Positions 8,974-22,118 of a DNA stretch of 64,000 bases are shown here, one piece after another; positions within the stretch are counted from its first letter, which is position 1, and each line of letters starts with the position of its first letter. The position numbers and the translations under genes were made by a program. The DNA comes from Heptranchias perlo. Its lineage: Eukaryota. The stretch covers positions 51,522,001 through 51,586,000 of the forward strand of contig NC_090341.1 in the NCBI RefSeq assembly GCF_035084215.1, given 5' to 3'. The notes below the pieces were generated by a model. It was not told the origin of the DNA. It was given only the letters and a program-made list of their open reading frames with translations, and made no database searches.

Positions 8974-9787
8974 GGGCTCAACTTTCAAAATAAAAAAATG
9001 GGTCGGGGGGGGTCATTAAAAATTTCCACCGTTTCATACCAGTCTCCAACCTGCCCATTTCTGGTTTTCACTGGGGCAAGAAGGGGGGGGGGGTGGGGAC
9101 GACCAACCCGCTCCCAGGAGGCGGGTCGGGCCTTAAAACTTTTCAAGGATGCTTCTGGCCTCCATTTTTCTCGAATTCCCGATTTCAACCCTGGGGGGGC
9201 CGGGACTCCCGAGCCTTCTGTTTTACGCCTCGTGAAAGGAGGCGAGAAGGCCCAAGACTTTCCAGGTAGATGCCTAGAAAGGCACAGCTTGTGGGCCCGG
9301 AGGAGCAGGAGTGCATCCCCCAGGCCCAACAAGCCTACCTACACCGACCCCCCCCACCCCCCAAAGTGATTGTGGACCCCCCTCCCCCGATCCTCCCCCC
9401 ACACTGATCCTCCAACCCTCCCCCTCAACGATTGCAGACCCCTGCAATAACCCCCAATTCCAACCCCCCACCCACCAGTGACTGACCCCCGATCCCTATC
9501 CCCCATGACTTACGACCCCCATGCCCACCTGTGGCCCCCCCCCCCCCACCCCAATCTGCACAAACAAAGACTTACCTGAACACGTCCTCTCCCTGGCTGG
9601 CCTCCCGTTCGACAGAGACCAGCCTGTCAATCAGGCCAGTCAGTCGGACGGGAAACCGACAAAACAAAATAAAAGACGTCCTTACATTAAAATCGTACGG
9701 ACATCCGGGAAACCTGTACTAATGGGTTTCCCGACCTCAGTTTGACCCCCCATCCTCTTCCCGGCTCGGTTTTAAAATTGAGCCCCC
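8974..9787. mobile_element. Harbinger-type MITE
   Basis: TIRs GGGCTCAACTTTCAAA ... TTTAAAATTGAGCCC; family motifs shared with 2817 and 26738. Confidence 0.7.
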
Positions 9788-9888
9788 AGTGTCTGTAGAC
9801 AGCAGGCCAGATGATGGAGAAGAGGGTGACTGTCTCTGGTTGGGATATTTTTCTCTTCTGTCTTTCCCTGTTGTCCTGGTTTACTTCG

Positions 9889-10710
9889 AGAACATAAGGA
9901 ATAGGAGCAGGAGTAGGCCAATCGGCCCCTCGAGCCTGCTCCGCCATTCAATAAGATCATGGCTGATCTGATCCTAACCTCAAATCTAAATTCATGTCCA
10001 ATTTCCTGCCCGCTCCCCGTAACCCCTAATTCCCTTTACTTCTAGGAAACTGTCTATTTCTGTTTTAAATTTATTCAATGATGTAGCTTCCACAGCTTCC
10101 TGGGGCAGCAAATTCCACAGACCTACTACCCTCTGATGAAGAAGTTTCTCCTCATCTCAGTTTTGAAAGAGCAGCCCCTTATTCTAAGATTATGCTCCCT
10201 AGTTCGAGTTTCACCCATCCTTGGGAACATCCTCACCGCATCCACCCGATCAAGCCCCTTCACAATCTTATATGTTTCAATAAGATCGCTTCTCATTCCT
10301 CTGAACTCCGATGAGTAGAGTCCCAATCTACTCAACCTCTCCTCATATGTCCGCCCCATCATCCCCGGGATTAACCGAGTGAACCTTCTTTGTACTGCCT
10401 CGAGAGCAAGTATGTCTTTTCTGAAGTACGGAGACCAAAACTGTATGCAGTATTCCAGGTGCGGTCTCACCAATACCTTATATAACTGCAGCAATACCTC
10501 CCTGTTTTTATATTCTATCCCCCTAGCAATAAAAGCCAACATTCCATTGGCCTTCTTGATCACCTGCTGCACCTGCATACTAACTTTGATTTTCTTGCAC
10601 TAGGATCCCCAGATCCCGTTGCACTGCAGTACTTTCCAGTTTCTCGCCATTAAGATAATAACTTGCTCTCCGATTTTTCCTGCCAAAGTGCATAACCTCA
10701 CATTTTCCAT
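9889..10710 (-). mobile_element. 3' portion of a CR1 LINE (subfamily A)
   Basis: LYKVLVRPHLEYCIQFWSP..LEAVQRRFTRLIPG..MRRNFF; 3' hairpin and TTATGTTCT tail at 9889-9935. Confidence 0.9.
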
Positions 10711-13477
10711 TTTGTATCTCTCCCCTCTCACCTTAAATCTATGCCCCCTCGTTATAGACTCCCCTACCTTTGTGAAAAGATTTTGACTATCTACCTTATC
10801 TATGCCCCTCATTAATTTATAGACTTCTATAAGATCACCCCTAAACCTCCTACTCTCCAGGGAAAAAAGTCTCAGTCTATCCAACCTCTCCCGAAAAGTC
10901 AAACCATCAAGTCCCGGTAGCATCCCAGTAAATCTTTTCTGCACTCTTTCTAGTTTAATAATATCCTTTCTATAATAGGGTGACCAGAACTGTACACAGT
11001 ATTCCAAGTGTGGCCTTACTAATGTCTTGTACAACTTCAACAAGACATCCCAACTCCTGTATTCAATGTTCTGACCAATGAAACCAAGCATGCTGAATGC
11101 CTTCTTCACCACCCTATCCACCTGTGACTCCACTTTCAAGGAGCTATGAACCTGTACCCCTAGATCTCCTTGTTCTATAACTTTCCCCCATTAACGGAGT
11201 AGGTCCTGGCCCGATTCGATCTACCAAAATGCATCACCTCACGTTTATCTAAATTAAACTCCATCTGCCATTCATCGGCCCACTGGCCCAATTTATCAAG
11301 ATCCCGTTGCAATCCTAGATAACCTTCTTCACTGTCCACAATGCCACCAATCTTGGTGTCATCTGCAAACTTACTAACCATGCCTCCTAAATTCTCATCC
11401 AAATCATTAATATAAATAACAAATAACAGCGGACCCAGCACCGATCCCTGAGGCACACCGCAGGTCACAGGCCTCCAGTTTGAAAAACAACCCACTACAA
11501 CCACCCTCTGTCTTCTGTTGTCAATCCAATTTTGTATCCAATTGGCTACCTCACCTTCGATCCCGTGAGATTTAACCTTATGTAACAACCTACCATGCGG
11601 TACCTTGTCAAAGGCTTTGCTGAAGTCCATGTAGACCACGTCTACTGCACAGCCCTCATCTATCTTCTTGGTTACCCCTTCAAAAAACTCAATCAAATTC
11701 GTGAGACATGATTTTCCTCTCACAAAACCATGCTGACTGTTCCTAATCAGTCCCTGCCTCTCCAAATGCCTGTAGATCCTGTCCCTCAGAATACCCTCTA
11801 ACAACTTACCCACTACAGATGTCAGGCTCACCGGTCTGTAGTTCCCAGGCTTTTCCCTGCCGCCCTTCTTAAACAAAGGCACAACATTTGCTACCCTCCA
11901 ATCTTCAGGCACCTCACCTGTCGCTGTCGATGATTCAAGTATCTCTGCTAGGGGACCCGCAATTTCCTCCCTAACCTCCCATAACGTCCTGGGATACATT
12001 TCATCAGGTCCCGGAGATTTATCTACCTTGATGCGCGTTAAGACTTCCAGCACCTCCCTCTCTGTAATATGTACACTCCTCAAGACATCACTATTTATTT
12101 CCCCAAGTTCCCTAACATCCATGCCTTTCTCAACCGTAAATACCGATGTGAAATATTCATTTAGGATCGCACCCATCTCTTGTGGTTCCGCACATAGATG
12201 ACCTTGTTGATCCTTCAGAGGCCCTACTCTCTCCCTAGTTACTCTTTTGCCCTTTATGTATTTGTAGAAGCTCTTTGGATTCTCCTTTGCCTTATCTGCC
12301 AAAGCAATCTCATGTCCCCTTTTTGCCCTCCTGATTTCTCTCTTAACTCTACTCCGGCAATCTCTATACTCTTCAAGGGATCCACTTGATCCCAGCTGTC
12401 TATGCATGTCATATGCCTCCTTCTTCTTTCTGACTAGGGCCTCAATCTCCCGAGTCATACAAGGTTCCCTACTTCTACCAGCCTTGCCCTTCACTTTATA
12501 AGGAATGTGCTTACCCTGAACCCTGGTTAACACACTTTTGAAAGCCTCCCACTTACCAGACGTCCCTTTGCCTGCCAACAGACTCTCCCAATCAACTTCT
12601 GAAAGTTCCTGTCTAATCCCATCAAAATTGGCCTTTCCCCAATTTAGAATTTTAACTTTTGGGCCAGACCTATCATTCTCCATAGCTATCTTAAAACTAA
12701 TGGAATTATGATCACTGGTCCCAAAGTGATCCCTCACTAACACTTCTGTCACCTGCCCTTCCTTATTTCCCAAGAGGAGGTCAAGTTTTGCCCCCTCTCT
12801 AGTCGGGCCATCCACATACTGAATGAAAAATTCCTCCTGAATACACTCAAAAAATTTCTCCCCATCCAAGCCCCTAATGCTATGGCTGTCCGAGTCAATG
12901 TTGGGAAAGTTAAAGTCTCCTACTATTACCACTCTATTTTTCTTGCAGCTGTCTGTAATCTCCTTACATATTTGCTCCTCAATTTCCCGTTGACTATTTG
13001 GAGGTCTGTAGTACAATCCTATCAGAAGTGATCTCTCCCTTCTTATTTTTCAGTTCTACCCATATAGACTCAGTGGGCGAACCCTCGGATATATCCCCTC
13101 TCACTACTGCCGTGATGTTCTCCCTAATCAAGAACGCAACTCCCCTTCCTCTCTTACCTCCTGCTCTATCTTTCCTATAGCATCTGTACCCTGGAACATT
13201 GAGCTGCCAGTCCTGCCCCTCCCTTAGCCATGTTTCAGTAATAGCTATAACATCCCAGTCGCATGTACCCATCCATGCCCTGAGTTCATCTGCCTTGCCC
13301 ATCAGACTTCTTGCATTGAAATAAATGCAGTTTAATCTAGACTTCCCTTGGTCTTTGCCCTGCTTTCTCAGACCATCTGTCCGGTCATGTTTTGTACACT
13401 CTCCCTTACTGCCTTTTGTTTCTGTCACCACTTTACTTCCCACTGACTTCCTGCATCGGTTCCCATCCCCCTGCCCA

Positions 13478-14425
13478 TTAGTTTAAACCCTCCCCAACAG
13501 CACTAGCAAACACTCCCCCTAGGACATTGGTTCCAGTCCTGCCCAGATGCAGACCGTCCAATTTGTACTGGTCCCACCTCCCCCAGAACCGTTTCCAATG
13601 GCCCAGGAATTTGAATCCCTCCCTCTTGCACCATCTCTCAAGCCATGTATTCATCCTAGCTATCCTGTCATTCCTACTCTGACTAGCCCGTGGCACTGGT
13701 AGCAATCCTGAGATTACTACCTTTGAGGTCCTACTTTTTAGTTTAACTCCTAACTCCCTAAATTCAGCTTGTAGGACCTCATCCCGTTTTTTACCTATAT
13801 CGTTGGTACCTAGATGTACCACGACAACTGGCTGTTCACCCTCCCCCTCCAGAATGTCCTGCAGCCGCTCTGAGACATCCCTGACCCTTGCACCAGGGAG
13901 GCAACATACCATCCTGGAGTCTCGGTTGCATCCGCAGAAACGCCTGTCTATTCCCCTTACAATCGAGTCCCCTATCACTATAGCTCTGCCACTCTTTTTC
14001 CTGCCCTCCTGTGCAGCAGAGCCAGCCACGGTGCCATGAACCTGGCCGCTGCCACCTTCCCCTGGTGAGCCATCTCCCCCAACAGTATCCAAAACGGTAT
14101 ACCTGTTTTGGAGGGAGATGACCGCAGGGGACCCCTGCACTGCCTTCCTACTCTTCCTCTGTCTGTTGGTCACCCATTCACTATCTCCCTCAGTAATTTT
14201 TATCTGTGGTGTGACCAACTCACTGAACTTGCTATCCACGACTTTCTCAGCATCGCGGATGCTCCAAAGTGAGTCCATCCGCAGCTCCAGAGCCGTCAAG
14301 CGGTCAAACAGTAGCTGCAGCTGGACACACTTCCCGCAGGTGAAGGAACCAGGGACACAGGAAGGATCCCTGAATTCCCACATCCCACAAGAGGAACATG
14401 ACACGGCTCTGGGATCTCCTGCCAT
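13478..14425 (-). CDS. Intact CR1 ORF1p (C4 zinc finger, leucine zipper, SGNH esterase)
   Basis: 315 aa; CSSC..CGKC, LQLLFDRLTALEL, VIGDSIVRG, GARV, LGTND, DGLHL. Confidence 0.9.
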   Translation of the reverse strand: MAGDPRAVSCSSCGMWEFRDPSCVPGSFTCGKCVQLQLLFDRLTALELRMDSLWSIRDAEKVVDSKFSELVTPQIKITEGDSEWVTNRQRKSRKAVQGSPAVISLQNRYTVLDTVGGDGSPGEGGSGQVHGTVAGSAAQEGRKKSGRAIVIGDSIVRGIDRRFCGCNRDSRMVCCLPGARVRDVSERLQDILEGEGEQPVVVVHLGTNDIGKKRDEVLQAEFRELGVKLKSRTSKVVISGLLPVPRASQSRNDRIARMNTWLERWCKREGFKFLGHWKRFWGRWDQYKLDGLHLGRTGTNVLGGVFASAVGEGLN

Positions 14426-14636
14426 GACTTAACCCTTAAGTTAGCTTAACACAACTACAATGTCAAGAGAAAAAAAAGGAAGGAAGTCACTTACCTGTTG
14501 GCTGTGACTTCGTGCCTCCAGCAGCTGCAGTAGCTCGATCCTCCTCCTAAACAATCAGCTACTCACCAATCAGCTCCTTCCCTTCTGCTGACGTCACTTT
14601 GGGGGTTTTTTTTCTCTCTCCCTAACCCTCGCGCTC

Positions 14637-15643
14637 GGCCGCTCCTCTGCTCCGCCTCCTCAGCTGATCCTGTGCTCCTGACTCCCGCCTTTTTATGGGC
14701 CGCTCCTCTGCTCCGCCTACTCAGCTCATCCTGTGCTCCTGACTCCCGCCTTTTTATGGGCCGCTCCTCTGCTCCGCCGCCTCAGCTGATCCTGTGCTCC
14801 TGACTCCCGCCTTTTTATGGGCCGCTCCTCTGCTCCGCCGCCTCAGCTCATCCTGTGCTCCTGACTCCCGCCTTTTTATGGGCCGCTCCTCTGCTCCGCC
14901 TCCTCAGCTCATCCTGTGCTCCTGACTCCCGCCTTTTTATGGGCCGCTCCTCTGCTCCCTCGCCTCAGCTGATCCTGTGCTCCTGACTCCCGCCTTTTTA
15001 TGGGCCGCTCCTCTGCTCCGCCGCCTCAGCTGATCCTGTGCTCCTGACTCCCGCCTTTTTATGGGTCGCTCCTCTGCTCCCTCGCCTCAGCTGATCCTGT
15101 GCTCCTGACTCCCGCCTTTTTATGGGCCGCTCCTCTGCTCCGCCTCCTCAGCTGATCCTGTGCTCCTGACTCCCCCCTTTTTATGGGCCGCTCCTCTGCT
15201 CCGCCTCCTCAGCTGATCCTGTGCTCCTGACTCCCGCCTTTTTATGGGCCGCTCCTCTGCTCCGCCGCCTCAGCTGATCCTGTGCTCCTGACTCCCGCCT
15301 TTTTATGGGCCGCTCCTCTGCTCCGCCTCCTCAGCTGATCCTGTGCTCCTGACTCCCGCCTTTTTATGGGCCGCTCCTCTGCTCCGCCTCCTCAGCTGAT
15401 CCTGTGCTCCTGACTCCTGCCTTTTTATGGGCCGTTCCTCTGCTCCGCCTCCTCAGCTGATCCTGTGCTCCTGACTCCCGCCTTTTTATGGGCCGCTCCT
15501 CTGCTCCGCCGCCTCAGCTGATCCTGTGCTCCTGACTCCCCCCTTTTTATGGGCCGCTCCACTGCTCCGCCGCCTCAGCTGATCCTGTGCTCCTGACTCC
15601 CGCCTTTTTATGGGCCGCTCCTCTGCTCCGCCGCCTCAGCTGA
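14637..15643 (-). repeat. 61-bp tandem array (~16.5 copies) forming the CR1 5' end
   Basis: Sense unit CATAAAAAGGCGGGAGTCAGGAGCACAGGATCAGCTGAGGAGGCGGAGCAGAGGAGCGGCC; register shifts 1 nt per 60-nt line. Confidence 0.97.
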
Positions 15644-16586
15644 CAGGCAATGCAGCGTGTGGCTGATCTCCAAGGCGTCCAGCTCTGCGTGCGTTAGAAC
15701 CACCTCGTGTGGCGGGCCCCCTCCGGTGCGTGCCCTTTCCCGGGCGTTCTTGCATCTCTTCTCCTGTCAAGGGAAAACACAGATGCGTGATTGAGTGATG
15801 ATTGCATTGTGAGACGCTTCAAGCATTGGTGTGGGTGGGTTGAGCGTGTGGGAGATGGATGGGAGGATGCGTGTGCCACATGCCCATCCCATTGTATGGG
15901 GATTGGGGTGTGTGGTAGTGTTCGAATGGGGACAGGGACGGTGGGTACGTGCAGGCACGGTGAGGATGATAGTTGAGTGGCTGTGAGGATTGATGCGGGA
16001 GCGCTGTGGTGGCAGTGCAGAAGGGGTTGTGAGGTGTTTGAGGTGATGTGGAAGACGGAGTGTGGGAGAATGCGTTAGTGTACTCACTTTGCCAGACCTA
16101 GTGAGATCATTGAATCTCTTGCGACACTGGATCCATGTTCTTGTGGTGTTGCCCCTGCTGCTAACCTCCGCGGCCACCTCCGCCCATGCCTTCCTGGTGG
16201 CGGAGGCAGGGCACTTCCTTCCATCGCTGGGGAACAACGTCTCCCTCCTCCTCCTTTCCCCACCCAGCAGCAGCTGGAGTGAGTGGTCAGAAAATCGTGG
16301 GGCAGCCTTACCCCTGGGGTGCTCCATGGTGTGCTACTTCTTGTTTGCAGCAGGAGGAGCATTGGTGGACTGCCCCTTTAAATAGAGCTCCACCATCACT
16401 CAGACGTCATTGCGCATGCGCAGGCCGCCGGCGCGCAGCTGAGCAGCGGAAAACCCGTAACCACAGCTTAATGACTTCAATTATCCTGTGATCGCGCGGG
16501 GGACGCATTCATTTCACCGGGCGCGTTACCCACGCGCCCGATAGCCCCCCCCGCCGGGAACCCGCAGGCCTGCTAACATCGGGCCC
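15642..16586 (-). mobile_element. Harbinger fragment carrying spliced Myb/SANT (NAIF1/MSANTD4-like) gene 5' part
   Basis: Exon 1 16327-16088 (APRFSD..AWAEVAAEV..QCRKRFNDL), GTGAGT donor, acceptor TTGACAG, exon 2 from 15763 (EKRCKNARERARTGGGP); TIR GGGCCCGATGTTAGCA at 16586-16571. Confidence 0.85.
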
Positions 16587-17975
16587 ATAATTTCTGCATG
16601 GACATCACTGTTGATTGATTCCAAAAATTCAAAGACTTAGGGGGTGATTTTTGGGGGCAATTGCGGGGGCCGGGGGGCTCCAAAAATCGCGGAAATACAG
16701 TTCGGGTTAACCCACTGACTTCCAAGTTTCCCAGGGACCCACCTGTATGCGCAGGGGTGACCCAAAAACGGAAATCCCGCCGGCAATTAAAGCCAGTGGG
16801 ATGACAGTTAAAAAGCCAAATGTACCTCATTGAGGTACTTAAGGCACTTTACCTGTGACAGTTTAAGTAGTTAGAAACATTTTTAACTTAACTGGGCAGC
16901 TTGCCCACCGCTTCTGATTCACGCTTGGTGAAACCAGGCAAGAAGGGCCGGATCAGGGGAAAAGAAACTAAATCAATAAAATAAACAAAATAAACAACCA
17001 TTGCAAGGAAGTGAAAACATTGAATGCATCTGCCTTTGAAACCTGCTCCGATGTCTGATGTCTCCCGTTCCGATGTCCCCTTCTTCATCCTCCCGATCGT
17101 CCCCCTCTTCGCCGCCCCCCCCCCCCTCCCCCCGATCTTCCAGTCCAGCGCCGGATCTTCCATTCTCCCCACCCCCTGGTCTTCTATTCCAACGCTGGAT
17201 GACGTCTGGCTCTCTCTTTCTCGCCCCCCTCCCCGTGTTGCAGCTCCTGATGACAGCCAGCCTGTCAATCAGGCTAGCCGCCGGGCGTGAAACCCAGAGA
17301 AGACGTTAACCACCATCAATCAACATGCGATCATGTTGGAAACGGTAAATTCGGTTCATTCGGGTTTGCCACACACCCAATCGCCCCCATCCCCCCCCCC
17401 CCGCCACTGCCATCCCGCCTCCCCACTAATATCGGGGCCATACTTTTTGCTACACCAGCTCGCTGGTACCTTGTGATATTTAGCCATGTGGTCATGTATA
17501 TGTTGCACAGAGTGCATGGAGTTGTTCATTTGTACTCCAAGCAGTACAATGTCTATGAGAATCTTTATTTCATTGGCTTCAATCGCTCTCTTGTCATCAG
17601 GTCCATTCTATTCTCTCTGTCAGCAGCAGTTTCTGCAAGCCAAATCCCAGTGGGCGAGAATTTCTGTTTCAAAGAACAACCACAGCAGATTCATGTGATT
17701 TGCTTGATAAATGCCTCTTCACATAGTCTAACTTCCATCCATTTTCCCATTTCTTGCCAGTGGAGAAATCACCTGATATTTTTGCTCCACCACACATTAT
17801 GCAGATCAAGCCCACATCTGCACTATATTGGAATATCTCCCTCAGTTGTACACGGATCTTGCTTCTTGATTCATGAGATTCCGCCTCTACAATTTCATCT
17901 AGCCACTGTTCTTTGAATGCAAGACAGGATTTCTTCTTAGCACTGGCTCCATTGTTGGCTGATGCTGTGACTCAC
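16585..17975 (-). pseudogene. hAT transposase N-terminal remnant (TTF zinc finger, ZNF862-like)
   Basis: FKEQWL..LICIMC..FSTGKKW..WKLDYVKRHLSSKSH, IKILIDIVLL..SWCSKKY; after removing the MITE it continues VFEFLESINSDVHAEIM. Confidence 0.75.
16639..17438. mobile_element. Harbinger-type MITE inside the hAT ORF
   Basis: GGGGGTGATTTT ... AATATCGGGGCC ends; related to 52427-53239 (inverted); removal restores the hAT frame. Confidence 0.7.
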
Positions 17976-18319
17976 GAGCTTTTTGTTGAATCAGCTTAAT
18001 GACTCTGATTCAAACAAATAAATCGTGTGCAATCAGAATTTTTAAATTGAGTCAGAAATACAAAACAGCTGTCAAATCAGTCAGTGTGAATTTGGGGATC
18101 GGGAACAGTTTAATTAAAGCTCCCCCCTCCCCTCCATTGAATCCTCAGTGACGTTTTAAAAAATTATTGCATTAAAATTTACATCTTGCAGGTCTCATCG
18201 GTTTTGGCTGCCTCTATGTAAGGCAGGGAGCAGTTTGGTCATGCACACTGTGTACCCACAGATCCCACTGTGGCCTGCGCTAGTCCTTTATTCTGAGACC
18301 TAAACAGGTGGTGCAATGT

Positions 18320-18858
18320 GGTCAGGAGGTCCCTTTTTACCACTTTCACTCTGTGTTTCCAACCTTCTCCTTCACCCAGTCAATCACTGCCACCCTGTCA
18401 GTTTTGCCTGAGTCCAGTTCGGAAATGGAACAAAAAAATTACAATGAGGTCCTGCCTCATTGGCAGAACCTCTGTGTCCCCGGGCTCGCCGGGTTCTCTG
18501 CCTGCTCTCGGCCTCCCTCCCCATAAATATCCGGGCCTATATTTCTCCCCCTAATTATCCCAAGTGCATTGTGAGTGTAAAAGCAGAAAACTGGACGCTG
18601 CAGCACCACTGGGCCTCGGTATAACAAATGTAAAGGAGCTCACTTGGCAGCAAGGGCCAAAGGTACAAATTTAAACTTGAAACCAGTAAGTGCACTGGTT
18701 CAGAGTGTAGTCCCCAGCGTTTACATTCCTTCCTCTAGTCCTGGCAGGCTTCAGCGAAGTGAAGCTGCTCCTTCCATTTAATAAACTGCAGTCCCAGGGA
18801 GGACACGGGGCCCACTTCAGTCACCAATGAATACGGGCGGTAAAAACAGAAACTTAAA
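18320..18858. repeat. Copy 1 of a ~540-bp local duplication (copy 2 at 26132-26685)
   Basis: Colinear from CAGGAGGTCCCTTTT to CCAATGAATACGGGCGGTAAAAACAGAAACTTAAA with small indels. Confidence 0.92.
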
Positions 18859-18912
18859 CTCATAAAGAATCAAATCATTTCAACCTTCCCGAGGGGAAGA
18901 GGTTAGAGAATG

Positions 18913-19594
18913 GAGGTAAATTTTAACCCCCAAGAACGGGTGAGTTGGGGGCGGGTGGGGAGTAAAAATCATTCCGTTTTCAGAGCGTGACGGCATCCCA
19001 GCTCCAACAAACCTACTTCTGGAATTTGTCTGTGTGTGGAGAGCAGACACCAGGAAGTCCCGCCCCAAGCTGGTGGACAGATACTTAAAAGGGCAGTGTA
19101 CCTCAACTTGAGGTACTTAATATAAATTTAACCTCTTCGGGTTTCCCATCGCTTCCCATTCATGTCAGGTGAAAGCAGGTGGGAAGGGCCGGATCCATGA
19201 GGTGACTGCCTTTATTTTCCTGCTTGTGGGCCCAGAGGAACAGGTGCAACAAGCTCAGCTAGCCGACAGGGCCCCTGTGATCGGCCACCCACTCCAATGG
19301 TGGACCGCACCCACCTCTGACTCTTCCTCGGCCTCCAATCATCATCTCAGCCCCCCCACCCCCCCCCCCCAATCTCTTCCTCGGCCTATGATCCTTCCCT
19401 CTGATCATCGCCTAGGGCCTGCTGCAGCAGGCCTTCCTGGCCTACATCCAGCCTGTGAAGCGCGAAACCTGGAAGTGCCATTGATGGGCCTTACTAAGAT
19501 TGAGACCCACCCACTTATTTTCCGGGTTTCGCACCCAGAAATACCCCGCCCTCACCCCCCACTCCTTTCCGGGCTGGAAGTTAAAATTTACCCT
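18913..19594. mobile_element. Harbinger-type MITE
   Basis: GGTAAATTTTAAC ... GTTAAAATTTACC inverted termini; related to 59858-60594. Confidence 0.7.
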
Positions 19595-19924
19595 ATAGTC
19601 AATGATCTCTGACTACTCACTGGCCTACTGATCCCTCCCTGTGGCAGTTTTAAATTACATTTCTCATCTTCAGGAACCCAGGCAACTACTGCAATTATAG
19701 ACATCTCATTTAACATTAAATGGCCAAATACACAAGTGGAGATTTCTATCCAATCACCAAGAAGAAAAAGAAGCCAAAAATCAACTAAATGATAAACATT
19801 ATAGATATATTTTTTAAAAACCACAAATGAAGATAAAGAATCCCTGATTGCTTCTGAATGAATCTTCCCAGCGACGCAGCACATCCAGATTCTAGTTCCA
19901 GTGAACTTCACTTTGGAATCAGCC

Positions 19925-20053
19925 TCAGGCTCGGGCTGATGAGTTTGAGGATGATTCTCCCCTTTTAGCAGGATTGCTGGGCTGTAACCAGATTTCTTCT
20001 TCTCTCCTCTTCCAGATAATGGCATCAGTGACTAGCAATCACGACAGCAATAA
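19925..20053 (-). pseudogene. MHC class I pseudogene, 3' part (TM end, cytoplasmic tail, stop)
   Basis: With frameshifts reads IAVVIA..VTDAIIWKRR-EKKKSGYSPA-NPAKRGESSSNSSARA*; TGA at 19927-19925; no introns. Confidence 0.8.
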
Positions 20054-22118
20054 GAACATAAGAAATGGGAGTAGGCCACATGGCCCCTCGAGCTTGCTCG
20101 GCCATTCAAAAAGATCATAGCTGATCTTCAACCTCAACTCTACTTTCCCATCCGGTCCCTATATCTCTTGATTCCCCTAGAGTCCAAAAATCTATCAATC
20201 CAAGTCTTGAATATACTCAACGACTTAGAATCCATAGTCCTTTGGGGCAGAGAATTCCAAAGATTCACAACCCTCTGAGTGAAGAAATTTCTCCTTATCT
20301 CAGATTAAATGGCCGACCCATTATATTGAGACTATGTCCCCTAGTTCTAGACTCTGCAGCCAGGGAAAACTACCTCTCAACCCCCTGTCAGCCCCCCTCA
20401 GAATCTTATGTTTCAATGAGATCACCTCTCATTTTTCTAAACTCCAGAGAATATAGGCCCTTTTTACTCAATGTCTTCTCATAGGACAACCCTCTCATCC
20501 CAGGAATCAATCTAGTGAACCTTCATTGCACAGCCTCTAAGGCAAGTATATAAGGAGACCAAAACTGTGCACAGGACTCCAGGTGTGGTCTCACCAAAGC
20601 CTTGTGCAATTGTAGCAAGACTTCCTTACTCTAACCCCTTTGCAATAAAGGCCAACATACTATTTGCCTTCCTAATTGCTTGCTGTATCTGCATGCTAAC
20701 TTTGTGTTTCTTGTACAAGCACACCCCCCAGATCTCTCTGAACACCAACATTTAATAGTTTCTCACCATTTAAAAAGTATTCTGCTTTTCTATTCTTCCT
20801 ACCAAAGTGAACAACCTCACATTTCCCCACATTATACTCCATCTGCCACCTTCTTGTCCACTCACTTAACCTGTCTATATCCCTTTGCAAACTCTTTGTG
20901 TCCTCATCACAGCTTACTTTCCCACCTAGCTTTGTATCGTCAGCAAACCTGGATACATTACACTCGGTCCCTTCATCTAAGTCATTAATATAGATTGTAA
21001 ATAGCCGAGGCCCAAGCACCGATTCTTGCGGAACCCGACTAGTTACAACCTGCCAACCTGAGAATGTCCCGTTTATCCCTACTCCCTGTTTTCTGTCCGT
21101 TAACCAATCCTCTTTCCATGTTAATATATTACCCCCAGCCCATGAGCCCTTATCTTGCGTAACAACCTTTTATGCGGCACCTTATCGAATGCCTTTTGGA
21201 AATCCAAATATACTGCATCCACTGGTCCCCCTTTATCTACCGTGTTAGTTACACCCTCAAAAAACTCTAATAAATTTGTCAAACACGATTTCCCTTTTAC
21301 AAAACCATGTTGACTCTGCCTAATCATATGATTTTCGAAGTTCCCTGTTACCACTTCCTTAATGGATTCCAGCATCTTCCCGACGACTGATGTCAGGCTA
21401 ACGCCTGTAGTTCCCTGTTTTCTCTCTCCTTCCTTTCTTGAATAGCGGGGTAAAATTTGCTACTTTCCAGTCTGCTGGGACCATTCTAGAATCTAGGGAA
21501 TTTTGGAAGATCACAACCAATGCATCCACTATCTCTGCAGCCATCCCTTTTAGAACTCTAGGATGTAGGCCATCAGGTCCAGGGGATGTGTCGGCTTTTA
21601 GTCCCATTAGTTTGTCCAGTACTTTTTCTCTGGTGATGTTAATTGTTTTAAGTTCCTCATAGAAAAGATACATCCGCATGCATGGTTAGCATGAGCACTG
21701 TTCACATATACATGTGTATGGAGGAAACTGTCTCGAATGCATTCCATGAACTCGTCTTCCTGGCCTTTGCTAATTTTATTGGCCCAGTCTATATGAAGAT
21801 TAAAGGCCCCCACCATTATTGCATTACCTTAGTTACAAGCTCCCATTATTCCTTGATTAACACTCTGTCCAATGGTATAGCTACTGTTAGGGGGCCTATA
21901 AAACACTCCCACCGGGTTTCTCTGCCCTTTGTTATTTCTTATTTTCACCCATACTGATTCTACTTCCTGATCTTGCGAGCCAAGATCCTTTCTCACCACT
22001 GTCCGTATGTCATCCTTTATTATCAGGGCAACCTCCCTCCTTTTCCATTCTGCCTGTCTTTCTGAAACATTGAGTACCCTGGAATATTTAGTTCCCAACC
22101 TTGGTCACCTTCTAACCA

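Larger units (their letters stand above)
10711..15643 (-). mobile_element. CR1 LINE (subfamily B) with 5' monomer array, ORF1 and frameshifted ORF2; own 3' end missing
   Basis: ORF2 in three frames (13443-12994 YFNARS/ITETWL; 13016-11175 VGDFN, SDH, YMDFSKAFDKV, KFADD; 11139-10711), ending at FKVRGERYK where it abuts subfamily A. Confidence 0.92.

Noticed and set aside
14637-15643. CRISPR-like array (also considered for 24811-25545, 50226-50518, 63269-64000)
   Set aside because: Units are head-to-tail with no unique spacers, no cas genes, eukaryotic context.
17287-17916. 209-aa + strand ORF
   Set aside because: Antisense shadow of the hAT transposase remnant and begins inside a MITE.
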